The translations under genes and the position numbers were made by a program. From positions 62,001-126,000 of the forward strand of contig JAQGDQ010000049.1 of NCBI GenBank assembly GCA_030141605.1: a DNA stretch of 64,000 nucleotides. Reading direction: 5' to 3'. Source of the stretch: Tubiluchus corallicola. Its lineage: Eukaryota; Animalia; Priapulida. The notes beneath the pieces are model-generated. The model made no database searches. It saw only the letters and a program-made list of their open reading frames with translations, and was not told the origin of the DNA. Positions 1-13,142 of the stretch are shown here, in pieces (positions within the stretch are counted from its first letter, which is position 1; the number at the start of each line of letters is the position of its first letter).

Positions 1-3000
1 CTACAAGTTGCTGTTGATGCTAAAGTTAGCTGTACTAGCCTGGTTAGATTGGGCAAACGTGGTAATGGTATCCATCCCCTGAAGGTGACTATGCTTAGCT
101 CTAGTGATCGGAAACGATTTTTAAAAAACTGCAGCAAATTTGGGGCAACATGAGGAATTGAAAGATGTTTATGTTCACAGGGATATTAGCCCTTTAAAGA
201 GGGAAGAAGTGAAAGCACTGGTAAAGGGAAAAACAGGCAGTGTCAGATATAATGGGAGAACAAGTAAAATGCACAATAAGAGGCAACAGGGTAGTAAAGG
301 AAGCTGGAGGGACCTGGCATCAGGGTCCAGATATACAGTAAATGATGTTGTGACACCTACAGTTTTTTATTCAGCACTGGCACAAAAGCCATGTTTTGTA
401 TACTAATATATACGCGTTGTTGAATAAAAGGCGTCACTTTTGATTGCTAATACTAATAATTCATCCGATATTGTTTGTATTTCAGAATTTGTACCAAAGA
501 ACTGTGCTTTACCTCGTACAAGAATGTGAGTTACAAATTGATGATTTTGCCCTGTTTTCAACATGAATAGATATAAATGCGGAGTTTTGATTTATACGAG
601 GAAGCACTTAAAAGCAACTACTAGTGAAGTGAATAACTGGTGTACTTTCGACGAATGCTGTTGGGTTGAGATAAATTTAACCAAGGGCAATGATCGACTC
701 TTACTGGGCTGTATTTACAGAAGTCCAAATAGAAGGGAATGATGATAACAATGCTAAACTCACCAATGATTTCATGAAGGTTTATGAAAATTCAAAATGT
801 TCTCATATATTAATATGTGGAGATTTTAATTTTCCGGAAATAAGTTGGATTGATGAAACTATCTCTTGTGATGAAGATCACCCAGCTTGTCAGTTTTTGG
901 AGTGTCATTGGGACTGCCTCCTCTATCAGCATGTTAAAACACCAACAAGAATTCCCAGTAATCAGACTGCAAATATATTGGATTTTGTTCTGTCTAATGA
1001 GGAGGGAATGGTAAGAAATCTTCAGTTAGATGCACCAATTGCATTTAGTGACCATGACACAATAATTTTTGAGTTTGTTGGACATTCTCAATATGGCAAC
1101 AATCCATTTGTGACTAAACACAGATTTGACAAAGGCAGCTATGAGGGGATGAGACATGATTTAGTTAATATGGACTGGATAGCCAATGCTTCTGGTTTCA
1201 ACGTTGGCAGGTACTGGAGTTTTCTTAAAAACTAACTTAAAGATGAGATGGAGGCACATATACCAAAGCCTGTAACTACACCTAGCAAGAGTAAAAGGCC
1301 GTTATGGATGAACAAATCTGCAGTGGAGAAGGTTAAGTCAAAACATCTGGCTTATAAAAAGTATCTTAGCTCGAGGGATACAGATGACTATAAGGAATAT
1401 GCTAAATGTCAGAACCAATCCAAATGGGCATGTAGATCAGCTATTTATAATTTTGAAAGGAGAATTGCTGCAGAAGCTATTATAAATCCAAAAGCTTTTT
1501 TTTAGCTATGCTAATAAGAATCTGCGTACGAAGACTTCGGTACCCGACCTTCAAAGATCAGATGGCACTAAGGCAAAGACTGATCTAGAGAAGGATGAAG
1601 AACTTAATCTATAATACCTGACTTTCCAGAGACAGTTATGAACAATTTAATCATCTCAGCAGACATAATACAGTCTAAGCTTCAAACATTGAAACCATGC
1701 AAGTCACCAGGAATTAATGGTATCCATCGCAGAGTATTAAATGAAATACAAGAGCACATCACTGAACCGTTGGTTAAGCTTATGAACAGATCTCTCCAAG
1801 AGGGGAATGTCCTGCACGAATGGAAAAATGTCAGAGTTAGTCCCATCTTTAAAAGTGGTAACAAATCTAACCCCAGCAATTAGACCAGTTAGCTGACGAG
1901 TGTTGTCTGCAAGCTTTTAGAAAGTATTATAAGGAATCATATGATGACTCATTTGGTGAACAATAATTTACTTAGTACATGCCAGTGCGGTTTTGTAGGG
2001 GGTGGGGCAAATCTTGTATCACTCAGCTTTTAGGGTGCTTAAACATATGGACATCTATCTTGGAGAACGGTGGATGTATTGATGTTATTTATATGGATTA
2101 TGCCTTCAACAAGGTTGGCCATGAAAGGTTGTTAAAGAAGTTAGCTGGATTCGAAATTAACATGGCGCTTTATTAACGTGGATTCGAAATTTTTTTATCT
2201 GGCTGGAGTCAAAGAGTTGCTGTCAATGGTGTTGAGTCAAGTTGGGCAGATGTAACTTCGGGACTCCCACAAGGTAGTGTATTCGGCCCAATTCTCTTCA
2301 TCCTGTTCGTAAATGATCTACCAGATGAATTGCACTCAACACTGAAGATGTTTGCTGATGATACGCACTTGTTTGCAGATGTGTCTAATGAGGACAATAT
2401 GAGAGAGCTTCATCTTGATTTGCAATGTATGGAAAGCTGGGCAAATCAATGCCAACTAGCCTTCAATGCTGAGAAATGCAAAGTGATGCATATTGGCAGA
2501 AACAACCTTGCTGATGAACATAAAATGAACCTACATGGGGTAGAGGTGTCATTAGCAAATAGTGATGTAGAGAAAGACCTTGGGTACATGTTGGGCTAAA
2601 GACCTTGAGGTACATGTTGACAATCAGCTCAAGTTTAAAAAACACGTTCAACTGCAAGTCAGTAAAGGTAACAAGTTGTTGGGGTTGATAAGAAGAATCA
2701 CAGTAAAAAAAGATAATATTGCCCTACTGTATAAGCCATTGGTGAGACGCTTATTAGAATATGGACATGCTGTAACTTACCCTCGCTATGTCAATGATTA
2801 TAAATTGCTTGAGCCACAAGAATGATTCTTGGGCCAAAAGAATTGAACTATGAAGATCGCTTGGCAGCCATTAAACTACCATCTTTACATTATAGAAGAG
2901 CAAGAGGTGATATGATAGAATGCTACAAGTTTATTCAGGGTGCATACAACAATCCATTTCCCTTTGAAGTTGATGGCATGAGTAGGACTAGAGCGCATAG

Positions 3001-3293
3001 CGCGAAATTGAAGAAACCATATTGTAAAACATCTGTTAGGCAACATTATTGCTCATTGAGAATTGTTAATCTGTGTAATTCCTTTTCAAATCACGTTGTC
3101 ACTGCACCATCACTTAATGTATTTAAGGTCAGATTGGATCAATATTGGAGAAGATTTTGGTATCAAAATACGCCTATATCCTTCCACCAGGTGCGCACAG
3201 ACGGTTATGATTTCACCACCAATAAAGACGTCGAGAACGTTGAACAAGTCTAAGACCTTAATCAACGCATCATTAAACTTAAAGTAAAGTAAA
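1..3293 (+). mobile_element. Decayed CR1/L2-clade non-LTR retrotransposon (end of ORF1, APE endonuclease, reverse transcriptase, 3' tail); extends upstream of window
   Basis: Frameshifted ORF pieces carry endonuclease motifs (ILICGDFNFPEISW, NILDFVLSN, SDHDTI), RT motifs (PQGSVFGPILFILFVNDLP at ~2267-2323, MFADDT at ~2348, FNAEKCKVMHIG) and the CR1-type C-terminus (LHYRRARGDMIECYK, RIVNLCNS). It ends in short (TAAAG) repeats at ~3280-3293. Many stops and frameshifts, so inactive. Confidence 0.9.
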
Positions 3294-5256
3294 ATTTGAC
3301 TACGATACTCAAAAATGCAAAAATTTTGGGGCACGATTTGCCCACCCTGGACTCCTGTAAGAAGACACCGGGACTTTTCACATTACACTCATTATTACAT
3401 CAAATTGTCGATATGTCTGCTTTTGCACTTAAAGACCACACAAAGAACTACGAAGAATGTGAAATGAAGGTCTTACCAGGTTAATCTACGGTGCGGTAAT
3501 ACGTAACATTACTAGTAAGCAATACTGCACCTCAACAGACAGTATGAAAACACTGTGTAGGCTTCCAAACAAGCACATAAGCTTGTCACAAGACTGAAAA
3601 CTTCATGATTCATCAGAAGAGTCACGTTTTCGTTCTAGCAAGCGGTTCGCAATACGGGAAATCTTTGACATAACAATTCAGTACGTTTTCTAGGCCAACT
3701 CGTCGTTCATTCGCTCAGCATCAACCTCAAGTTAGTAGTTAGTATTTTTAGGAACATGAATGCATAACTCAGATGACAACCACCGCCAGTCCGTCACAAC
3801 TCACAATTAATCGTCATTTTGTAACTTAGCTCATTTTTGGGGTCACAATGTTTTTAATTCTTCCAGATATTATGGGACAGTGAGACTTGCTTGGTTATAC
3901 TGAGCAGAGTTGCTATGTTTAACCACAGGAAACATAGACCCTTTGGGCAGCCAACAAACAAAATGTTTTTTTAATTAATTAATGACAAAGCAATTATAAT
4001 TGCATTAACAATGTATAAAATACTTGCAACCAAACAGTTGCAATTAATTTCTGTGAAAGGTGTAATTCTTACTTTAAGTTTTTATGTAATGCATATTGGT
4101 AAAGCACCTGCTGAAGTTGATAAGACATTAAGCATGATTAAAGGAACTTTTGCTAATTACTAAGTCTGTATTGATATTGTGTAAGACGCATCTGAAAAAT
4201 ATTTTAGACCTTACTGTGCACAGACTTGATCGCCCTATTTATAGACCAGTAAAAAACATTAAAAAACCTTCATATTAAAGGTGCACCAAAAACTGGTGTC
4301 CGAGAAAAGACGTACCTGAATGACATAATAATGATGGACCTCAAGGAGATCTTCAAACTTTTTTACGATTGTAATAATGTTAATTGCGAAACAATTAAAA
4401 TTAATAAAAAGGTTACGTTAGCTTGACTTTGGCTCAACTCAGCTTTACTTTTTAAAAAATACATTATAATCTTAGGAAGTACTTTTTTACTAACAGTTTG
4501 TCTATGGAAATGCCTGCCTGGGTACAAATTATAGTATTGGTTTCCCTGTATAAATGCTTTTAAATAAAGATATGACAGATGTTATCACTTTGTAAAATGA
4601 TTTGATATCATTCTAGGCACAGAAGCCTTTGTGAGCTATGTAATGCTTGTGACTTCAAGTAAAAATATTAGAAAAAATGTTTTGCTTGTAAAATTTAAGA
4701 TTTAATATATTACTTGACAACAGATGGCACTAGTAATCCGATTCATGTTTTTTCTTCCGCTCAAACAGTAAAATTGAACTGAACGTTATGAGCAGTAACT
4801 TGTTAAAAGGAATGTAAGCATTTCCTAATGTAGGGTTTAAATTAATTCCCTTGCAGCATTTTCTAGAATCTCTCGTCTTCGATAAGTTTTGTTTTACCTC
4901 TAGAAAGCAGTCTACTTCGCGCAGTCTTTACAGGCGCCTTTCAAAGAAGTTGTTTTTGTACTACTACTGTATCTTTGTACTCAGTTAGGCTTTTATCGTA
5001 TAGTATTGGATTCTCTTCCACTTCTAATATTACTGTTTCGGTTTTATCAGCAATTGTGCAATGCGCGCTTCATGAGCATATGTAGAGTTCTCTTTGTTTC
5101 ATCTAAAGCAGCGCCTTTGCTGATCACTCATTAACAAAGCCCGCTTCTGATTGGTTGCTTGCAGAAAAACCGCGCGGTTTTTGTAAGAAAAAATCACTCA
5201 CACAGCTATCAGCGCGGAAAACCGCGCTGTTTGCCGCCTTAAGTATAAACAGGTCT

Positions 5257-5350
5257 TTAGGGTTAGGGTTGAGGTTAGAGTTACGGTTAGGGCTAAGGTT
5301 AGGGTTAGCGTTGGGCATTTAAATTGTGTGGGAATTGTAATCTCCTTCCG
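5257..5350 (+). repeat. Degenerate (TTAGGG)n tract inside a dispersed repeat, copy 1
   Basis: ttagggttagggttgaggttagagttacggttagggctaaggttagggttagcg followed by tttaaattgt...ttgtaa..tccttcc; the same flank recurs at ~16640-16672. Confidence 0.7.
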
Positions 5351-6755
5351 ATTTTCCTATGCTCTACATACATGTACCCCCCGTTCAGCAAGAAAATGAC
5401 TAAATAGTCCACGTTACACCAGTATACAGCATATTAAATTTGCCACGAGTTACTCGGTTCATCTACGGCTTCGAGATGTATTTTCTCTGGGGTGGCCTCA
5501 CAAAAATAGGTAGTATTCTACTCACATGTTATGCAACTATCGCGCGGCCGCGAGAACCCGACGGCAGAACAATATAATGTTTTTTAAGTACCATTGTAAA
5601 AAATGCAGTTGAAAACTTATGGACGTCATTGTAATAACTACAAGAGGGTGGAAGTCGTGATTGTACGGACGAATGGATGTGTGGATGGTACGAACTTAGC
5701 CAGTAACTGTTGTGAAAATCCGAATGCGTTGCTGGCAATGGAAATAGTCTCGATTTAGAACAATGGCGTTGGTGATGGGTTGTTATGTTATCGACGGAAC
5801 TTATACCCAGAATAATGTTACAGTTGTGGTTATAAGCTGATCGTAGTGGTTTTGCACAATGGTTATAGTTGCACTTAATAGCTAGATTGGTAAGCGTCTT
5901 CTTACACGTATTAAAGACAGTTAGTCAAACTTGTAATTGTCACTTGTAATGTTGTAACTCGCATGATTGTTGCTCATGCGAAATTTTGACTTCACAATAA
6001 TCAGCATCATCCAACTGCTAAAAATTACAGGATGAAACAGGAAACTGTCTCTTGGGCAATTACCTACTAATGCAGTAAATGCGTGCTGCTCTCTTATTAC
6101 TGCTCTTTGCCTATTGTGAAACAACAATGGCAGATTTCTCCTCTTTTAAAAACCTATAGCATTTTGCTGATTAGAGTGTTGAAAAGCTGTTCACGGAACA
6201 TAACTTTTAACAGCTAGAAAGCTTAAAGTTGGACAAGACGTATACAGAAATATATTAACGTGCAATGCGTCAGAAGACTCTGCACAATAGCCTATTTTTA
6301 TGTCATTAGTGATAAAATAATGAGACTTGCAACTTTGTAAGCGGTTAAGTGCCAACAAGTCAGCCTCTGTTTAAGGCCATATAAGTGGCAGGTGTCCTAG
6401 CTTACAAATCAACCTGAGATCATATGACGACCGGCGGGCCTCAACAACGACAAAGAAAATAATGCTATGGTGCTGTGGGTGCATGGAATGCGTTGAACTA
6501 CGATGATATGCAAACGACAGCAAGTTATTCTCTAGGTGAGGTCTAGGCATATTTTCCGTTGTGACGGCCCACATGACACTAGTTTGCGTTGACTGTGGTG
6601 ATTTTAGCGATAATGTTGACAATGATAATAGTGCTACTCATGAAATGATGGTGATAAAGATGGGGTTGTGGTACCATACACATTGGTTGTAACGATGGTG
6701 GTGATGATAGACTAAGTACAATAATAATGATAGTGTGATAGTGCAAGTACCAAAG

Positions 6756-6905
6756 TGATGATGATGGTAGTGGTACTGGTGGTGGTGGTGGTGGTGGTGT
6801 TGGCGTTGGTGGTGGTAGTGGTGGTGGCGGTAGTGGTGGTAGTGGTGGTGGCGGTAGTGGTGGTAGCGGTGTTGGTGTTGGTGATGTGGTGGTTGGTGGT
6901 GGAGC
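6756..6905. repeat. (GGT/GAT)n trinucleotide microsatellite
   Basis: Directly visible; it generates the poly-Pro/His/Thr/Val ORFs in the track. Confidence 0.9.
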
Positions 6906-8084
6906 ATCTAGAATGCATTCAGGATAAATCAACGGTCTCACGATACTAAATGCACAATGTTGCCATATTTGATGCATTATTGAATGACTGCAAACGATAC
7001 ATTTCCTAGTGGAAATATTCCCAGTACCGTTTATGACCATATTGCTTGCTGGCATAATCACGTTATTCTTTTATAAAAGTCTCCTCGCAAATTTGTTTTT
7101 TTTTATCGAAATGGTGCCAGTTTATTGTATGAACGCTACTTTTGGCAGAAAACATTGTCCTATAACATTGACTAATTGCAAATATTGCAAAAATAGACAA
7201 AAATACTTTATCACCCAGTTAAGGGACAGGCAGTACTGCGAATATTATGGAAGACTTAATTTCTTGCAAAGATTTTACAGGTTATTGATAATTTATTACA
7301 TACAATGATAGAACCTATACAATACACTGACATCTTACAATTGCCATTATGTGTTATTACTAATCGCTGAAGCTTGGAAAACGTCTTAGATAAAAGCTTT
7401 AAAATTGGAGTGGTTAAGGCAGAGCTCTGCTTCTGGTTGTTTACCTGGAACTTTGCATTATTATGAACTCTTCTCTTGAAACCAAAGTCCGGATCCTTTC
7501 GACTTTCAGTTTAATCTGTGTTTTTGCACAATGCTGAGATATTGACAATAAAAGTTAAGCAGCAAAAGGAAATTGACTCTTTACAAAGACGTTATGTATT
7601 AAATGGCGTGACACAATGTCCACTGTGTGATCTGTATGATGTGGACAAGAAGAATCCTTGGAATAAACAAATACAGAAGATTTTATTGGATTTGACATGC
7701 ATTAAGAATATCTCAACAGCCTCCTCTTCCTATAGCATTACGTAAAACTCTTGGAATGACAAGAAAAACGAGAAGAGGTCAGCTACTAACGCATATAGGT
7801 ATACTGCAAAAATATTTAGCAAATACAACTCTAGATTTGAGGGAAGGATGATGCATCGGTGGCAGTGGCGGTGGACAGAAATGCGTGGCACCAACAGGTG
7901 AGACGTGCCATGGTTTAGAACGTAGCAGCACCTAGACGATGACCACGACGACAACGACGATGACGAAACTATTAGCACATTCATTCCCAGGCGCAGCTAC
8001 ATTCTCGTTTGTTCTTTCCTAACAGCTAAGGAGCAAAGAGTCAGGCTAGGTGGCTATTTTAGTGATCGGCCATAGCTAATCAAA

Positions 8085-8430
8085 GTCACGTCTCAAAGCT
8101 GAAAGTTAGGGCCGGCTGTTTTTAGTTTATTGCTTAATGATCTTCTTGATGCCTTACCTAAAACAAACTGGAAGCCAAGCTTAATAGTTATCTTCATACC
8201 TCATACCATCTTCATAATTAGTTCATACCTCTATACGCAGGTTAATGACACTTACGTAAATGATATTCAGATTGAACCGCAAGAATCTGTTAAGGCGTTG
8301 ATTTTGATAAACATATTGCAAACATTTGTATTATATGGGCTGGTAAACGATAAAATGTTATCAGTTAACACTAAAATACTGATCTGTAAAACCTATATTA
8401 ATTGTCACTTTAATATCTGTCGCCTGGTGT
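8085..8430 (+). mobile_element. Highly decayed LINE reverse transcriptase fragment
   Basis: Translates as SQS*KLGPAVFSLLLNDLL (RT motif QGSxLGPxLFxxxxNDL) and KILICKTYINCHFNICRLV (resembles the L2-type YCPLVW region). Confidence 0.55.
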
Positions 8431-8431
8431 G

Positions 8432-10040
8432 CAGGGTCGGCTCTACCACTAGGCAAACTATCCAGTTGCCTGTGTGCCAAATTTTAGGGGCGTGGAAGCG
8501 CCTAATTCTGGAAATAAAAATTCTTCAATTCTTAAGTTTGCATAAGTAATAATATCGTGTACGTGTAATTGCTTAAGTGGGAACTAGGAAACGAACTATT
8601 TGGTTTGTTTTCTTATCAAAATGTATTATTCATCGACGCCAACACAGAGGTGTCTTCAGTCACTATCACTAGGGCATTTGCCTAAGGTGCCAAATTTTGA
8701 GAGGCGCCAAATTTTGGAAGTGTTTTTTAAGTTTAGCATAAGCAATAACATAGTGTATGTGTACATCACTTTACATTAAACGAAACAAATTACTTCCACT
8801 ATTTTCTCGCCAAAATACACAATTCATTGATGTTAACAAATAGGTATACCAGCCCATATAATACGTCTTTACGGTTCCACAACAAAAACTTCCTAGTTCT
8901 GCTTTATTTGGCTTCCTAAAAATGCATCATTTTATACAGTTATTACTGATGCATATCCCAGCTTTTGTCCACAGTTTATGTTGTATGTATACAGCAGCAG
9001 AGTCAAATGACGACCTTCTTATAATAAGAGAATAAGAAAAAAATTACTTGTGTTAGCGTTTATGTGATTATGCCAGATGCCTGAAAGAATCAAAGCTTTC
9101 AGGAACGTGATACAGGAAACAAAATGTTAAAAGCTGGCTGACATTCAACAGTAAAAGAAATTGCTAATGAAGTAATTGTAACCAGACGAGAAATTTCGGC
9201 TGTGAAAATGTACGTGAAAAAAGGAGCTGGTGTTTAAAAAATCTTCTGATGAAATAGCTTAGGGAAATTCTAGCCTAAAGTATGCGCACAAGAAGAGTGT
9301 ACAATAGAAATTGTATAAATTGTGATTGCTGGTGAAGACCCAGGACAACGGGCTCATAAATTCAATTTCATTATTTAATCAGCCGCAGATAAGTAATTAA
9401 AACACGAAAGTCCGGTTTATTATATACAACAAAAATTCACTTTTAGGTTGGAACTGTGGATTAAAGAATTGGCCGTTTAGGGAGGGGGAGGGGGAGGGGG
9501 AAGGGCGCTAACAACACTTTGGCCTAGGGCGTCAAACTACCTAGAGCGGCACCTGGGTGTCTTCCCGCAGTGAAACTCTTTCTACTCCCGCTTTACCTGG
9601 CTTCCTACTGTTACGTCATTTCATGCAGGCCTTACTAACGCATTACCATGCTTTTGCCCACAGTTTATATTGTGTGCATAGAGTAGTAACTACTTCTGTT
9701 AACAAAAAATCACTTATCTAACAAAAAAATTGCTATTGCAAAAAATCTTAATTACAGCAGACGAACCCATAAGAATCGAAGCCTTCAAGAGCGCTACACA
9801 GGAAATGAAGGATTGCTGGCAAACACTGTAGGGCTAAAAAATTCGCTAATGAGAATTGTTAAAACCAGACTAGAGTTATTGTTGCAAGGATGATGGAATT
9901 AGCAAAATGGATGTAAAGGGAGAACATAGTGTTTCAAAAATTTACTGATGAAAATCCTGAGGAAAATCTAGTCAAGAGTATGTACGTGAAGATTGTACAC
10001 AAAGACTCACGTCAAGGGGTCATAAATTAAATTTCAAATT
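8432..10040. mobile_element. Patchwork of non-autonomous DNA-transposon-like (MITE) sequence with internal diverged duplications
   Basis: Imperfect terminal inverted repeats cagggtcggctctac (8432) and ctagagcggcacctg (9541-9555), 11/15 match. Diverged direct duplications 8450-8640 vs 8670-8840 and 8885-9370 vs 9572-10036. Confidence 0.5.
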
Positions 10041-12967
10041 CAAACAGAACAAGCTGTAGAGAGATAATTAATTACATTTAATTAATACATTACAAGTAAT
10101 ACACTATATTGCATATATAATCCAACAGGCTAACACACGGGTCCATTATACTGTTACGGGGGCGAATTGCTATTTATTTTCGACCCACCCCTCTACATTG
10201 CGGTGTTCTCGTCCATTCGAAGCCATTGCAGGGGGGGGGGGAAGCGGGGAGGGGGAGAGAGAGAGAGATAGGTCAAGGCTCTGAGGCCAAGCACCAGCAA
10301 GTTAGACTAACTTCTAATAGCAAGAAAAAGCGGAACTTCCGGCGAGTTATTTGGTGATTATGAGTTTTGCAAATAACAACTTTTACACCACAAGTAAGAA
10401 GCGTACTATTACTACAAAAAGCCCGCTTGCTCGCTTTCTTTGACTAGCAATTTTTTGTAATAATCTCTAGAGACTGCAAGCACATTGTCTTTTCGTTGCT
10501 CAGAGTACCTCATAACGTTATGCTCTTGCCTCTAGTTAAGTTGCTAGCGAACTGCCCGATTCTTTGGCTTCATATGCGTATGCACCTCAGATGCCCAGAC
10601 CAAATGCGCTTTGACTACTTCTAGACGCTGCCGTATTACCACTCATAGATTACGTCTTGTGCTTGTGCCCGTGTGATCGAAAAAACTTTGATTGAAATGA
10701 TTGATTATTGACAAGAGAGAATTTAACTGAAGTTTGGACGACTGATTGTCAAAAGAAGTCTGGCCATTTGTCTGGAAATAGAGCCTGGATAACTGTGGTA
10801 GACGCTTCAAAAAGGTAAGTTTGCGCCTACGAATTTTGAATTATGGCACTTCACGTAAACAACGATAGCAGTATCCCATTTTTGTTTTAATAGTTAAACA
10901 GGATAATTTCAAAGCCACTGCGAGTCTTTTAATTTTTCTTTTACTTTGCGTCGGCGTTCATACGTAACGGAAAAATAAAATTTAAAAATAAAATAAAATA
11001 AAAAATAAAAAAAATACAAGTATGGTTGAATTTGTTTTATAAATGTGCACATGTTTGGCACATTTTTGTTTTATAAATGGCACATGGCTGAATGATTTCA
11101 CAGTTACAAGTATCATTAGCCCAACAAGTTACATAGAACTGGACTATAATTAACATTTTGTTTATACGTTCACGTAAAATGAACAGTAGGATGCAATTAC
11201 TGATCATAAGAAACCACCAACTTTTTATTTAAAAAAATGAAACGCCCACATATATGGTCAATGCTATCCAGTGGTTCCCTTTCTTGTATTTCCTCTGCGA
11301 GAATTTATCTTATCGTTGATCAAGATTTACGGTGTTTTGCTCGACATTTTGAAACTAAAGCCGTGTTTTCAGTTCACCTTTATTTTGATTAAGCACAAAA
11401 CTGCAATTTTTTCTTTACGAGCCTATTTAACTAAGGACTAGACTTTAGGAGTCTATGTAACTAAAATGACCTGACGTAGTCAATTGCACTTTAGTAATAC
11501 GACTCCGAGTAAATGCATAATTCTGTAAAGAACTGATGTTCAATACAATTAATGAAAAACGATAGGCAAAGATCAAAACTGCAAATTTTCAATCTGTATT
11601 CAAAACGTCGTCAGGCGAAAAATTTATATTTTGAATACTGTTGCGTCTCATTTTTTGCCCACAGCATTTGAATAGAAATCTAAAATTTGCAGGTAAACTC
11701 ATTGCCTTGCTTATTTCGTTATTTACGCTGAATATTAGTATATAATTGAACTCTGCTTTTACCTGAATTGTTTTTATCCTGTATTGCTTGAAGCTTTTGG
11801 AGTATTAATTGTTATGTTCGTACAGTAATCCTGTATTATTCTGGATAGTAAAGAATACTGTACAAGCTTGAGGGCTTATACTAAAACCTGCTCATTGAAA
11901 AATGGAAAATTGTTCTGCTCAGTATGAATTCAAGACGAATTTATCAAGATAGCAATGGCAGAAACATTGTAAATGTTAGTGAGTTTTCTTCCGCAAAACA
12001 CGACATTTCTGCCACCCGTTATTTTTGCGTAAAGATCACCACCATAATAGCGTTTCACAAAATTTTAGCTTTGAGTAATAAAATATTTTATTGGGAAATT
12101 TGCGTCCTAAATATTTTCTTGTAACTAACATTTAGTGAGTAACGCTATACAAAATTATTAGATTGTGATTATTATGTGTATACCGAAGGTATGTTCCTGT
12201 CGTATAGTTGGAACAAAAAATCGTTTTTTACTTTTCAATTAGTATTAAAAAATTTATGCCAGCGACTTATCCCAACTACAATCTTACAAACTAGAGTCGT
12301 ATTTATAAACGAAAAAAAAAACAAAAATTACGCAAACAAACATTTGGCAGTTGGATTACTGTCAATCAAATATCAGCTGTGTGTGTAATACGAAACTTAG
12401 TAAATTTTAGACTTGTAGCAAATGTTGATAGCACTACAGCTTTAATTGCTGTTAAGCCAACAAATACTTCCATGCAATCTCTATGCAATGCATAGTATTT
12501 TTTATGGAAGAAAGAGAGTTTCAAATTATTTCCTTTCAAACCATCTTCCTTCAAATTTTATACAAAGTTGTAAATTTGTTGTAAGCTGCGTGTATCAAGT
12601 CATTTTTTGTGTTTTTTTATCACATGCTGTAGTTTTTTTCTTTTATTGTATGTGTTTTTGGCACTAATAAATATGAAATATCACAATTTTCGAATTTTTA
12701 TTTGCTTTCCTATCTTATCTTCACAAAATCCGCTATAAAAGTTCAATTATCTACGTTACATGTTTCCTGTCCAATGCTCATCATCTTTCAAGTCGAGACC
12801 AACTCTAACGTGCTCAAATAAAATTTGTATTCATAGTGTAGATGGAATATGCGTGCACGTATAAAACTCGTTTTCTTCATTCTCGTTTGGTGGCGGATTT
12901 AATAAACACAATCATGTCAGGTTCTAACCATTTGAACGGATTGTACTTCATCACTGTAAAGTTTAAA

Positions 12968-13142
12968 TACGATGAAGCCATGCACGTGCAGCTAAATTTT
13001 CCAAAAATGAAACTGTCTTTAACGAATACCGAAAGAAGAAGCGCTAGGGTTTATGTACGATGAAGCCACGCAGGTGGAGCTAAATTTTTCAAAAATGAAA
13101 CTGTCTTTAGCGAACAGCGAATGAAGAAGCGCATAGTATTTG
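12968..13142. repeat. Two-copy tandem duplication, 88-bp unit
   Basis: tacgatgaagcca...gctaaatttt.caaaaatgaaactgtcttta.cgaa...gaagaagcgc starts at both 12968 and 13056. Confidence 0.85.

Noticed and set aside
5257-5320. True telomere or chromosome-fusion site
   Set aside because: Short, degenerate, single orientation, and shares a flank with a second interstitial copy.
6579-7061. Poly-Pro/His/Thr/Val ORFs (also 15414-15629, 16764-17251, 19535-20258, 26751-27080, 35375-35686, 40004-40311, 48907-49125)
   Set aside because: They are translations of microsatellites, open in several frames and strands, with no domain content.
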